Below are positions 41,069-55,175 of a stretch of DNA of 64,000 bases, piece after piece. Source of the stretch: Octopus vulgaris (Eukaryota); the NCBI GenBank assembly GCA_951406725.2, contig OX597814.1, positions 11,160,001 through 11,224,000 on the forward strand, in the 5' to 3' direction. The position numbers were made by a program, and so were the translations under genes. Numbering within the stretch: the stretch's first letter is position 1; every line of letters begins with the position of its first letter. Below the pieces are notes generated by a model, which saw only the letters and a program-made list of their open reading frames with translations, had not been told where the DNA came from and did no database searches.

Positions 41069-41124
41069 TTGGCTGATGAGAAATCACGCGCCTAGGTGGC
41101 CCTAAATTTCGAAACCGGTACCAA
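41069..41124 (+). ncRNA. type-I minimal hammerhead ribozyme (fully canonical)
   Basis: ttgg-CTGATGA-gaaat..atttc-GAAAC-CG-GTA-ccaa; predicted cleavage after 41120. Confidence 0.9.
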
Positions 41125-41408
41125 GTTGACCAGCATTTACTTGTTCTGACTCATTTGAGGTAAGGCCTTATTATTGTTCACTGATATTTTTTCCTATCTT
41201 GTCCGTAATGGATTTGTGACTATTCGGTGGTACAGAAGTATTTTTTGACTTCTATCTTTTAGCGATATAGGTACTCATGTAGTACCCTTGTGTATATATG
41301 TACATATCTAATATTGTATGTATATATTTTATTAATTTGCCTGCACGGCTGATAATTCACTTGCCACTTGTAATGGTATTTTAATAATACCATCCCTATA
41401 TTTATTTA

Positions 41409-41461
<53 letters not shown>

Positions 41462-41463
<2 letters not shown>

Positions 41464-41656
41464 CGGGAAAGTTTACGAAAATAGACAAAAGACGAAGGCA
41501 GGTGGAGTACAAACAAATGTATTAGTATAGCGCTCAGGAATAGAAATAGCAAAAGTCTTTTACGTTTCGAGCCTACGCTCTTCGACAGAAAGATACCCAG
41601 AAAAAAAAACAAGGAGAGAAAGAAATGCGTGTAGGAGCTAACGATCTATCATGGCA
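41462..41656 (-). mobile_element. PLE pLTR copy with CUGUCGA hammerhead variant
   Basis: Minus strand reads tcttt-CTGTCGA-agagc-gtag-gctc-GAAAC-GTA-aaaga (41556-41593). Confidence 0.75.
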
Positions 41657-42088
41657 TAAATATGTATGTATATATATACACACGCATGTATGTATGTATG
41701 GTGCCTATGTCTGCATACATGTTTAAATATTGTTATTGCTTGCATAAGCTATTTTACACTCAGAGGTCGTGGCATTTTTGACAAGTAATACACTAGTAAA
41801 CACAACACATACGTATGTATGTATATATGTACGAGGTTGAAGTGATCATCAAATACGACACCAACCTATAGACACCACCACAAGATTTATGGTATGTGGT
41901 CACGTAACGTGTTTGCTTGAAGATAACCACTACTAATCCGAACAGTCGAACGCAAAACCCGTCGATATGAATGTGTGTGCGTGTATGTGAGCGTATACAC
42001 ACATACATTCATATATATATACAATGCATAAATATATACATAATGCATATATATATATACATCTGTATATATATATATGTATATATAC

Positions 42089-42144
<56 letters not shown>

Positions 42145-42159
42145 GTATGTATATATATA

Positions 42160-42208
<49 letters not shown>

Positions 42209-42609
42209 GTATATGTACATATATATGTATATGTATGTGTTCGTGCGTACGTGCGTGTGACAGTGTGTGTGTGCGTAAAAGCTTCGAGAAGACGAAACAG
42301 AGAACGGGAAAATGTCAAAGGTTAACTGTCAACGTCTTATGATGACGCGTCATTTCTGTGAAGGTACTAAATAACGAAATCGCCTGTTATCCGATAGTCC
42401 CAATAGATAGAGTGTAACAATTCAGTAACTGAATTATGTACTAATGTATATTAAATTTAAACTATAATAGTGAATTTAATAATTTGCTTAGATTTTATGT
42501 GCATAAAATAATATTTCTTTATTTCATATTTGTATTTGGCTTGCAAGATTTTTTTTTAAATATCTCGTGCTGAAACAGATTTTATTGTATTTTGGGAGGG
42601 TCATTATGC

Positions 42610-42663
<54 letters not shown>

Positions 42664-42680
42664 TGATGATGATGATGATG

Positions 42681-42734
<54 letters not shown>

Positions 42735-42735
<1 letters not shown>

Positions 42736-43250
42736 TCTTAACTGATTGGAAGTGTTATTATGTACATTGTTTTGTCTTGGTATAAAAGATGGGCTACAGC
42801 AAATAATCTGCTCAATTCCACAGATTTGCTATTTAGTTGTTTGACCTTAACCAGTTGAGCATGTCCCTTAGTGGCTGACGATATGTGCATCTCTGATCAC
42901 GAGCAGAAGTAGTGGGGGAGCATCATAGCCATGTGTTGAGAGGGATTCTTTGGGGTTTGAATAATTCACCTCTGGAAACATGGGTGGTTCTTTCAACATC
43001 CTTAAACAACCCTTATTCAGGGACCGTTTGAGCGGGATGGGCTACTCAACCTGAAGAAAATTCTAACTGGGCCCCACCTGCAAGGTCATGTGCTGTTTAT
43101 CTTGATATGAGATCACCATGTCGCGCACATATGGTTGTGATGCATGTGCCTGGTGTACCCTTATCAGACGGGTAGTCATGATGGGTATCTTGGGCTTCGT
43201 ATATTTTACCCCAGTGTCACTTTGATGGCATGAACTGCTCTTCTCACTCA
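42735..43250. mobile_element. (TAA)n-embedded non-coding insertion, probably a LINE UTR or SINE-like element
   Basis: About 515 bp of complex sequence sharply bounded by TAA-type repeats, like the two R4 copies; no ORF recognised. Confidence 0.45.
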
Positions 43251-43262
43251 ATAATAATAATA

Positions 43263-43369
<107 letters not shown>

Positions 43370-43401
43370 TATTATTATTATTATCATTATTATTATTATT
43401 A

Positions 43402-43516
<115 letters not shown>

Positions 43517-44043
43517 TAGCCAATTAGATAACCAATTAACTGATAAATTATTCGGTCAGTTAATCATAACCATTTAGATTTGTCAAAATCCTTTCGTGTG
43601 ACTGACTGACTGACTGACCGTGCAATTAAACAAACAAATTAGTTAATTGGTTAAATAGTTAACTAGGAATAACAAAAGAAGTGAAATAGAACTCTTGAAC
43701 GTGCTTATTATTTGTATAAAAACTCTCCCGAGGTACAACAAAAGCATATAAGTTAACGTAAGTACGAACGGAGGATAAAACTGATACCGGTTTGACTTTG
43801 AATCTCTTTAACAATTCAAAATAATTAATTTAATTTCTCTTAATTCTACCTCAGTTCATCTAACTGTATTTATTTATTGCTACCTTTCGTAAAAAGCGTT
43901 AATTTTTTGTTTTTGATATTCAATATGCATTTTCGCTTTTTTCTTCTTACTTTCCCCATACATACTTATATACATACATACATATATACATACATAATAC
44001 ATACATACATATATACATACATAATACATACATACATACATGA

Positions 44044-44111
<68 letters not shown>

Positions 44112-44146
44112 GGAGTTAAACGCAGGAGTTTTTCAAGTCTTTTTAC

Positions 44147-44232
44147 TTCCGACATATGTTTCGAAAAAATCATTGGTATTATTCCAGAAGGAATAAAATT
44201 GTGTAAAACAATGCAATCCTCTCATCAGGGAA
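44147..44232 (-). ncRNA. type-I hammerhead ribozyme (left arm)
   Basis: Minus strand reads ttcc-CTGATGA-gagga..ttttc-GAAAC-ATAT-GTC-ggaa. Confidence 0.85.
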
Positions 44233-44687
44233 AGAAAGAAAGAAATCGAACACATCAATAAGACATTTTAACAGAATGTGAAGACTGCATATATGATGAA
44301 GGGAGCGCTATCCAGTTTTTTAAAAACCCTTGTAAACACATTTATAGAACCCTTTGCAAACATTGTCAGAAACATATCTTTAGTTCCTATAAGTGATTTC
44401 TACCATTCTATAAAATTCGACCTTTGACAGTCTCCTTACATTTCTTTTCCACTAAATATATCTACTTCCATGCCTTTAAGCTTTATTCTAATTCGCCTAT
44501 CGCTCTATATCTCTCCACTATTAGTTTTCTGCTAATTTCTGTCTTTTTTTTCTTCTCCTCTTTCTATTAACCACCTTCACGTTGTATCTACTAACGGTTT
44601 TTTTTAAATTGATAGCGTTCTCTTCATCATATACACAGTCATGACATGCTGTTAAAATGTCTTATTTGATGTGTTTGGTTTCTTTCT

Positions 44688-44773
44688 TTCCCTGATGAGA
44701 AGATTGCATTGTTTTACACCATTTTATTCTTTCTGGAATCATACAAATGTTTTTTTCGAAACATATGTCGGAA
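44688..44773 (+). ncRNA. type-I hammerhead ribozyme (right arm)
   Basis: ttcc-CTGATGA-gaag..tttc-GAAAC-ATAT-GTC-ggaa; GUC triplet at 44767-44769. Confidence 0.85.
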
Positions 44774-45254
44774 GTAAAAAGATTTGAATAACACTAGCAT
44801 TTAACTCCATTTATTTATTTATCTATATTATATAAAGCATTTCACCTAAAACCTACAGTTTCTATCTTTATAAGTAGGCGGTTACATCCTTAGTACTTGT
44901 GTCAATTTTTTCTACCCTGGTAACTATTTATTTTTCTGTGTTATTTGTGAACACTGAAAGAAACACATAAAAAAACAAGGACGAGTCATTCGGAGGTTCC
45001 TGTCCTCAGTCGAGTTCCAGATCATCGTTGCAGTTTCGGCCTGTTACACTTGAGACTGCTCCAACCTGGCCGCTGTTGTTTTTTCTTTTTTTTTTTTTCT
45101 TTTTTTATCAAATATATATATATATATATTTATTTACTCGCATAGAAGGAGATACGAAGAATAGACGAGTGGAAATCAAATCGGTGAGTGTGTTATGTAA
45201 TAAGGCACTAAAAGAGAATGAGTCCCCAGACACAATAATATGCATACACACATC

Positions 45255-45309
<55 letters not shown>

Positions 45310-45408
45310 AGAGAGAGAGAGAGAGAGAAAGACAGATATTTTGTCTGTATATACATACAAGTATACATATATATATGCATATATAAATATATATGTATGT
45401 ATATATAC

Positions 45409-45498
<90 letters not shown>

Positions 45499-45704
45499 AT
45501 ATAGATGGAGAGGGAGATATGAAGAAGAGATGGGAGATCGAATATAGAATAGTACGAGAGAGAGACTTGTACATGTGTGTATGTTCCTATAAAATGACTG
45601 TACCAATTTTTGTATTGTGTCAGTATATTCTATGCAAAGATATATATATATACATATACACTCACATACACACATATGCATACATTTGTTTGTTCACACT
45701 CACG

Positions 45705-45750
<46 letters not shown>

Positions 45751-46244
45751 TGTGTGTATAAGCATGAACGCTTGTGGCTGCATATGTATGTGTACAGGTG
45801 TTTGCGTTTGTGAATATGTGTGTGAGTGTGCGTGGTTCTATTTTATGTAATTCTAAGTTTTAACGTATATATATTGGGTGTGGATATTGTATGTAAGTAC
45901 GTATGTATGCTTGTATGTATGTTTGTATGTACGTATATATGTATATATGTATATTAGAACTACTACGTCGGTATGTATGTATATATGAGTGTATGTAAGT
46001 AGGTATGTATGTTTGTTTATATTTATATGTTTGTGTATAAATATCTATCTCTGAGTGGAAGTGAACATGTGTGTGTTGTACAAGATGAAAAATTAGTGGA
46101 GAAAAATATATATTGTAAAGCAACTGAAAGACGACACGTGACATAAAAAATGTGAAGTTTTGTTCATGACAGCTGTCTACTTTAACACTCCATCACACAA
46201 CGGATTAATATTAAACGACGACAATTGAAGCAGTAACTGCATAG

Positions 46245-46476
46245 ACATCACCATCATCATCGTACATACCCATCATTATCATCATCATCATCATCATCGT
46301 CATCTTTTCATCTTTAACTGCACTCCCTCCACCAACACCAACACCATCATCAACATCATCATCATAACTCTTATCTTTATTATTATCATTATTATCATCG
46401 TTGTTGTTGTTGTTGTTATTATTATTATTATTATTACTATTATTACTATTATTATTATTATTACTATTATTATTAC

Positions 46477-46552
<76 letters not shown>

Positions 46553-46587
46553 GTTATTATTATTATTGTTATTATTACTATTATTAC

Positions 46588-46626
<39 letters not shown>

Positions 46627-46733
46627 TGTTATTATCACCGTTGTCGTCATCATTCGGCATCATCATATTCATCATTATCATCACCATTGTCAACATCATC
46701 ATCGTCGTGGTTGTCGTTGTCACCATCATCAAC

Positions 46734-46769
<36 letters not shown>

Positions 46770-46895
46770 CTCTCAAAAAGCAGCAGCAGCAGCAGCAGCA
46801 GTAGTAGAATTAGTAGTAGTGGTGATGGTGGTGGTGGTGGTGGTAGTAGTAGTAGTAGTATTAATAGTAGTAGTAGTAGTAGTAGTAGTAGTAAT
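46245..46895. repeat. compound trinucleotide tract (CAT/TAT/CAG/TAG/GGT)
   Basis: Direct inspection. Confidence 0.9.
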
Positions 46896-47113
46896 TGTAG
46901 GATCAGTATTAACACTATTGGAAGCACTAATAGATGCCTTTTTTTGTAACAGTATCTGCAACAATAGTAGTAACAACAGCCTTACCCTCAACATTCTGGC
47001 TATCAGTAGAATGTGATGAGAATAATAAATATGGTTTCTTACTCAAGCACTCCGCCTGACATATAACGGTAAAGAAACACTCAAATAGCATCCTGATTCA
47101 GTACTTAACTAGT

Positions 47114-47501
47114 GGATGGGAAGCACTCCGTCGGTTACGACGACGAGGGTTCCGGTTGATCCGAATCAACGGAACAGCCTGCCCGTGAAATTAACGTGTA
47201 AGTGGCTAAGCACTCCACAGACACGTGTATCTTTAACGTAGTTCTCGGGGATATTCAGCGTGACACAGAGAGTGACAAGGCCGGCCCTTTGAAATACAGG
47301 TACAATAGAAACAGGAAGTAAGAGTGAGAGAAAGTTGTGATTAAAGAGTACAGCAGGGATCACCACCATCCCTGCCGGAGCCTCGTGGAGCTTTAGGTGT
47401 TTTTGCTCAATAAACACTCACAACACCCGGTCTGGGAATCGAAACCGCGACCCTATGACCGCGAGTCCGCTGCCCTAACCACTGGGCCATTGCGCCTCCA
47501 C
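47114..47501 (-). mobile_element. tRNA(Arg)-like SINE (family A2, tail 2)
   Basis: 11-bp TSD acttaactagt at 47103-47113 and 47502-47512; nested in an old family C copy. Confidence 0.92.
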
Positions 47502-47786
47502 ACTTAACTAGTACTTATTTTACGAGTATGGAAACATGGAAGGCAAAACTTACCCTCCGCATAATTTGAACTCAGAAACACAATGAGCCGAAACCGATAT
47601 CTGACCGACACACGAAATATCTAACCGACACTCAGATGAAGCTGGACAGTGCTTACCAACCTAGCTATAAAAGCACATGTTTGCGGTGAGATGTGTATGT
47701 AAGATTTACTCCACCAAACGTTGAAATACTGAGTGAAAGCAGCAGTATTTTAGATGGCAAACTTGTGTCCTTATTCTCTGCATAGC

Positions 47787-48207
47787 CGGAGTGGCTGTGT
47801 GGTAAGTAGCTTGCTAACCAGCCACATGGTTCCGGGTTCAGTCCCACTGCGTGGCATCTTGGGTAAGTGTCTTCTACTATAGCCTCGGGCCGACCAATGC
47901 CTTGTGAGTGGATTTGGTAGACGGAAACTGAAAGAAGCCTGTCGTATATATGTATATATATATATATATGTATGTGTATGTGTGTGTGTGTGTTTGTGTG
48001 TCTGTGTTTGTCCCCCTAGCATTGCTTGACAACCGATGCTGGTGTATTTACGTTCCCGTCACTTAGCGGTTCGGTAAAACAGACCGATTGAATAAGTACT
48101 GGGCTTACAAAGAATAAGTCCCAGGGTCGATTTGCTCGACTAAAGGTGGTGCTCCAGCATGGCCGCAGTGAAATGACTGAAACAAGTAAAAGAGTAAAGG
48201 AGTAAAA
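47787..48207 (+). mobile_element. SINE family B, full length, with internal (TA)/(TG) microsatellite
   Basis: Head ggagtggctgtgtggtaag..ggttcagtccc, tail (agtaaaag)n; many copies in the window. Confidence 0.9.
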
Positions 48208-48290
48208 GAGCCGCCTCAGCAGCACTGTAGGCTCCTGGAGATATCAATGCATTGGACCCTATAGTATTTATTTATTAGTATAGTATAGTA

Positions 48291-48522
48291 AGGCAGCGAG
48301 CTGGCAGAATCGTTAGCACGCCGGGCGAAATGTTTAGCGGTATTTCGTCTGCCGTTACGTTCTGAGTTCAAATTCCGCCGAGGTCGACTTAGCCTTTCAT
48401 CCTTTCGGGATAGACAAATTAAGTACCAGTTATGCACTGGGGTCGATGTAATCGACTTAATCCGTTTGTCTGTCCTTGTTTGTCCATTCTATGTTTAGCT
48501 CCTTGTGGGTAATAAAGAAATA
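48291..48522 (+). mobile_element. SINE family C, full length
   Basis: Head aggcagcgagctggcagaatcg..gagttcaaattcc; flanking direct repeat agtatttatttatt. Confidence 0.9.
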
Positions 48523-49444
48523 AGTATTTATTTATTGACAGCAAACCACAACATACATAGGTTTGAATTGGGTTCCTAGACCTTGGGGCCCCTAAGCAAC
48601 CTCCCAGTTTGCCAATGCCTTAAGCTGATCTTGGATTACCTTCAGGCGTGATCCAAAATTGCGCTTTCGAAAAAATAAAAACTTGGTCATTGAACACTTT
48701 ATTTGAGAAAAAAAAAATCACACTAACTTCCCTATTTGGAATCTTTGCAGTTGTGACACAACAAACACATCAGATAAGATATCCTTACAATGAGTATTGA
48801 CTGTAAATAGACACCGGTACCTTTCAGCTTGATAAAAACTTTCTGAATCTTCTAGAAATGGCAGCTAAATTCAATTCAACTACACACTGCTACCTTAAAA
48901 ACGAAAACGAAAACAAAAGTACACATTGGATAATGAAGTCCTAGATATGCAATAAGACGGGATGGACACGAATGGAATGCCTTTTGGTGATAAGGCTCAA
49001 CTGGGCTTAAGTAAAACAACAAGTAGTCAAAGATCACGCTCCCTAATACCCCAAGACATACCTTCATTGGTTGTGCTATCTAATCTGCTTTCTTTTTCAG
49101 GTGTATGTATATACAGTCCAAACCAGATTTCGAGAAATTTCATTGAGACAGCAATAGAAAGACCGACATCTGTTGGCTTAGAATTACCATCACAGCTACT
49201 GGAGGGCAACTTTACAGATTTTACAACGGCATATCATTATGTATTTGACTTGTTCCAGATGTATCATCTCAGCCTTGAACAGCTTCTATAGCATTGTCGT
49301 CAATCGCCTCCTCAAGCAGGATGTTTCATAGAGCACTTGAAGTAAAAGCTCAGTTAATGACGAAAGCAAAAGTCATTGCTGAAAAGACCACGTGATGCCG
49401 AATACTTCAACCGAATAGCAGTTTAATAAATCCACTGAATATAT

Positions 49445-49674
49445 ATTTCTTTACTACCCACAAGGGGCTAAACGTAGAGGGGACAAACAAAGACAGACAA
49501 AGGGATTAAGTCGATTATATCAACCCCAGTACGCAACTGGTACTTTATTTATAGACCCCGAAAGGGATGAAAGGCAAAGTCGACCTCGGCGTAATTTGAG
49601 CTCAGAACGTAACGACAGACGAAATACCGCTAAGCGTTTCGCCCGGCGCGCTAACGTTACTGCCAGCTCGCCGC
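49445..49674 (-). mobile_element. SINE family C
   Basis: Reverse homology to 48291-48522. Confidence 0.9.
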
Positions 49675-50785
49675 ATATATTCAGGTGAAGCACATAGTTA
49701 GTGTGTGAAACAGCTGGAAGCGTCTGAATATGTATATAGGTTTTTTGACAGGACTTTCTTTCGAACTTCAATGCAGTTCTGTCGTGCATCCACGATGCAC
49801 TTTTCTTTTTTGCTTACCCAAACGAAAATGCAGAGGACTTCAGGCTCATCGACGTTTTTGGTTATACATATTCCCGTCACCTTGTATTCCTGAATGGTTA
49901 TGACCACGATGTAGTAATGCACATTGAAGTGTAGTTGAGCACATGGCCGCATATTTTGGGTAAAGGAAAACATTCAGTTAAATAAGTCACAGTACTTGAA
50001 TGATACTTAAATAAATTATCTGCTCTTGGAAAATTGAAATACAAAGTTGATATCGATGTGTTTCGAACCCAGAATGTAAAGATAGTTTGTCCGACCTTCT
50101 ATTGATAGTACCGACTCACCGACAAATCTGGGGCTTTTTTTTTTCTTTTTACTGTTTCTAATTTTTTAACTAGAATGTTCTCCAGAAAGACATGACCAAG
50201 CAAGCATCGAACGTTCTCAAGCTTAAAAACAAATTTAGGACATTGAACCCGATGAAAAGAAAGTAGAATTTGTACTATTTCATTTCAATTTATTTTTTGT
50301 ATTTTATCATTTGTTAAATTGCTTTTTTATATAAGATTATTTTTGTATTTTTATTTGTTACATATTTTATTTTCTATGTTGTGGGTTTTTTTTTCCTTTT
50401 GTCTTGTTTCTTTATTCGCGTTTACAATTGTCAAAAACCACTGCTTTAAAATTACTTTCTCTTCTCCTCAACCATTCCACCACACCGTTCCTTCACTCAT
50501 GCTGCCATATGAATTTGTCAACTGCAGAATGGGGAAAAAAGAAGAATTACTCAGTTGGGGAGAAAGACAATTTAACAAAACGTGTTCCTTTTTAACGTTA
50601 GCGGATCTGTGAAAAGGAAAACGAGGCTAGAACGAGACCACGCGAGAGTAAGCCTCTTCTACGTGTTTGTCGTATGACAGGCTTATGAAAAATAAAACCT
50701 CTTTCTAAGGCAGCTGATAGACATTTGACAGTTTCTTGATAGTTCACCCACATTATAAATACGTGTGTGAATGTGTGTGTGTGTG

Positions 50786-50854
<69 letters not shown>

Positions 50855-50895
50855 TATATACATACATACATATATATATATATATACATACATAT

Positions 50896-51044
<149 letters not shown>

Positions 51045-51145
51045 AGTAGGTTGATAGTTAGATAGACACACATAAGTACGTATACGCACACTAACATACA
51101 TGCACACGCATTTACACACACTCACACACTCACACACACACGTAT

Positions 51146-51252
51146 ATGGTTCTGGGTTCAGTCCCCTTGCATGCAACCTTGAGCAAGCGTCTTCTACCAA
51201 ATCCTTGTGAGTGGATTTGGTAGACGGAAACTGAAAGAAGCCTGTCGTATAC

Positions 51253-51283
<31 letters not shown>

Positions 51284-51585
51284 TGTATGTATGTATATGT
51301 ATATATATATATATACTCACATACATATATTTAAATTACATATATATGTATATGTCATTACGTGTGTGTGTATTTGTCACCCCCGCCACCACTTGACAAC
51401 CGATGTTAGTGTGTTTACATCTCCGTAACTTAGTGGTTTGGTAAAAGGGCATATATAAAATAAGTACGAGCATAAGAAATATGTCCTGGGGTCGATCTGT
51501 TCGACTAAAAATTAAAAAGCGACGCTCCAGTATGACCATATTCAAATGACTGAAACAAGTAAAAGAATAAAAGAATAAAAGAAAA
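51146..51585 (+). mobile_element. SINE family B (5'-truncated)
   Basis: Homology to 47787-48207. Confidence 0.8.
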
Positions 51586-52669
51586 GAATATGTATATATA
51601 TATATATATATATATATTATAGAGGGCATTACTATACATAAATGCCACACGCTAGGAGGGACTCTTAAAATCAAAACTACCAAAGTAAATAAACACATCG
51701 TACCGAATGCAACTCTCGAAGCAAGTCACTTAAAAACAGAATTTAGCTGCATATCACTTAAATATATTTAAGTGAAAAAATTGGTGATTTTTTTGTTTCA
51801 TGAGGTTTTTCACGCTAAATACTTGATAAATTCTTATATAGATTTTATCCTATTTTTAAATTGTATATATATATATATAAACTCTGAAGTGTGAACAAAA
51901 TGGAGAAAAAGGAGAAAGGAATAGTGCTCAATATTGAAGATAAAGTTTACACAGTATATTTAGAACTGATAACTTCAGAAATCGTTATTCTAAATTTCTC
52001 AATACCGACCTTCAGACGATTGTTATGAGTGGATCTAAGTAAATGAAACATAATGAAACAGCTACAAAATATTTTGATATCACAAGTGTTCATGGATTCT
52101 GGGTGTTGGGGAAATGCTTGTGAGTTTACAGTCATTAAAACAATAAGACTATTATCGTTTGACCAAAAAGGCACGAGTAAATAGAATATAGCAATTAAAT
52201 ATTTATACGAGAAAAGTTAAAATTAATTATGAATGATGTAAAGGCAGATTCCATTTTCTTTGTCACTTTATTTGTTCAGGAGAAATATAGAATATAAACT
52301 TCTCAAATCACATCTGTCAAGATGAAACGAACCAGCGAGGGAACCTGTACGCCGTAGCTTAACACGCTGGAAATAGCAGTCAAAATATCCTTAAATCACA
52401 AATGTCTCAAAGACAAAAGGTACATGAGATAATGTAGCTGTGCTATTGGTAAAGAAAAGTTGAAATACTTTTGACCACGGGTCTATTCACTCAGAGCTGA
52501 CTAGGAGCAACTTACATAAATAATTTAATAAATAGATAAACATATAAATAAATGAACACAGGGATATGAAACGAGTTAAGGAACGAACTCCTGCATGGTT
52601 GATTGACCTGACAGATTAGCCAGTATAAATGCTACAAATCTACTACAGATGATATTCTATGTTACTAAA

Positions 52670-53110
52670 GAGTCAGCAGAATCGTTAGCACACTGGACGG
52701 GATGCTTCGCTGCATTTCGTCCGTCTTAACGTTCTGAGTACAAATGCTGCAGAGATGGACATTACCTTTCATCATTTGGGGATCTATAAAATAAGTACCA
52801 GTTGAGCATTGGGTCGATGTAATCGACATACCTCTCCCTAAAATTTCAGACCCTGTGGCTATAGCAGAAATGTTATTAAAGAAAAAAAAACCCATTAAAA
52901 TAACAGATGGCCAGTCGCAGAATTTATTTTTATTTTTTATATTTTCTTGTTTCTGTAATTCGACTGCGGCTATCCTGGAGCATCGACTTGAACGGTTTTC
53001 AGTCCAACAAATCGACTTCATCTATTAAAGTCTGGTATTTAATTTGTCGATTACTTTTGCTGAACCGCTAAGTTAGGAAAACGTAAACAACAAACACACA
53101 TGTATATGTA

Positions 53111-53158
<48 letters not shown>

Positions 53159-53306
53159 ACAAGTTTCTGTCTTCTAAATTCACTCATATGGAGCTGGTAG
53201 GTTCGGGATTTTGGTGGAAGACAGTTGTCCAAGGTGCCGCAGAATGGAACTGAACGCGAAATCCCGTGGATGCAAAGCGAGCTTCCTAACCACACAGCCA
53301 TGCCCG
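52670..53306. mobile_element. diverged SINE C (+, 52670-52872) and SINE B (-, 52940-53306)
   Basis: Homology to the family copies above. Confidence 0.7.
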
Positions 53307-54371
53307 CATCTCTCTTCGTAGATCTGCTCAGCAGTGGTTGATCTGGAGCTAAAGTGAAACCATTGCATAGTAAAATATATGATACACCTTACAGGGTTTG
53401 AACGCAAAACGCGGTGAGTACAGATACTCAATGCCCGCGAAAGAATCAGCTTGACGCTCTATTTCCCTCACACCGCTTCCTTTCGATATAAATACAATAA
53501 AAAGATAACAAAACAAAAAGAAAAACAAACTGATATTATTTATTTTTAAAAAAATGAAATAAAAAACACTAACATGATGATACAAAAATAACCAGAACAA
53601 CAGAACGGCCAAACAAGAAATAACAGTGATGAAAATGACGGCGATGTTTCCATGATAGTGACGTGATGTCATATGCTGATGTGGATGTCAGCGAAAAAAA
53701 AAAGGTCAGCCGTGGTTCATTCAACTCAGCTCAAGTTTATGAATCGATTGTGTCAAGATAGATAACTCGTTCAGCCGTGTTGTTTGCTATGTCGTGATTA
53801 TGATAGCAAAAAAAAAAAAAAAAAAAAAAAAAGGATAATAATCTGTTGAACGATTTCAGCATGCAGAAAGATGTAAAATGATACGAAAAACTACATGGCG
53901 ATTTTGTGGGTTTTGGCCAGTCATGATGAGAAATCTTTATAAGATAATTGTATAAAGGTGTCCGTGCGTGTGTAAGTCTGTGCCTCTCTCGTTCACGATA
54001 TACATATATATATATATACTTTGATATGTATGTCCGTATGTATGTGTGTATGTGTGTTCGTACGTGTGTGTTGTGTATGTATGTTATGTAGGTATTTTCT
54101 GTATGATGTGCGTATGTATGAGGACAGGTAAGTTGATACGGCATAGAACTCAACACTGAGTTGGCACCCTGCTTTTCGAGGTGTTGTTTTTCCTTATAGT
54201 GAGTTAGATGACTTGCACCCTGAAAAAAGAGATGAGAGGGAAGGAGAGAAGAGTCACAAAGAGAAAAGGTGAGCACAGGGAGAGAGAGAGAGAGAGAGAA
54301 AGGCAAAAAGAAAGATAGAGAAGTTTTAAATAAATACCTAACACATGTTTAAGTGTTTAAGGGTGTATATG

Positions 54372-54414
<43 letters not shown>

Positions 54415-54417
54415 ACG

Positions 54418-54449
<32 letters not shown>

Positions 54450-54554
54450 TGCATATATACATACATACATATATATATACACATATATACATACATACGT
54501 ACATACATATATATACACATATATACATACATACATATATATATGTATACCCTT

Positions 54555-54648
<94 letters not shown>

Positions 54649-54670
54649 ATCGGTTCCATTCTAGCAAAAA

Positions 54671-54708
54671 CTGTCCGATGAACGGCAACGGGAAACTCAG
54701 AGTAACAG
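54671..54708 (+). ncRNA. minimal hammerhead motif (U4C core)
   Basis: ctgt-CCGATGA-acg-gcaa-cgg-GAAAC-TCAGA-GTA-acag. Confidence 0.7.
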
Positions 54709-54740
54709 GTTTTGTTGAATTTTCTGCTGCTTTAAATAAA

Positions 54741-54827
<87 letters not shown>

Positions 54828-55109
54828 TATATACATTGAAACATTCCTGTCACAACCAGGGACCTTGAAGACCACTTAAATGCAAGAAAGTATACTAGTC
54901 CCTTAATATTTGATATTCAATATTTCATCTATTCAATAAGACAATCAATACTTCATTTCATTTTACTATCTATATATATTAATTATACTATATATTCTAT
55001 ATTCTACGTTAATATTATAAAGGATATAAATAAAACATAAAAAAACAGAGTTGGAATTCCTTTGAATAATATATATTCCTCTATGCACAATCATACAAAC
55101 CCCTTTTTA

Positions 55110-55175
<66 letters not shown>

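Larger units (their letters stand above)
44106..44814. mobile_element. fold-back element (about 220-bp arms, about 270-bp pyrimidine-rich spacer)
   Basis: Arms 44106-44328 and 44596-44814. Confidence 0.85.

Noticed and set aside
48560-49990. Possible decayed hAT or other transposon
   Set aside because: Only a hAT-like end motif and a weak FSLIKT match; not enough to call.
50602-50647. Possible 46-nt exon (ttag|..|gtaagc)
   Set aside because: Splice-like motifs alone are expected by chance in 64 kb.
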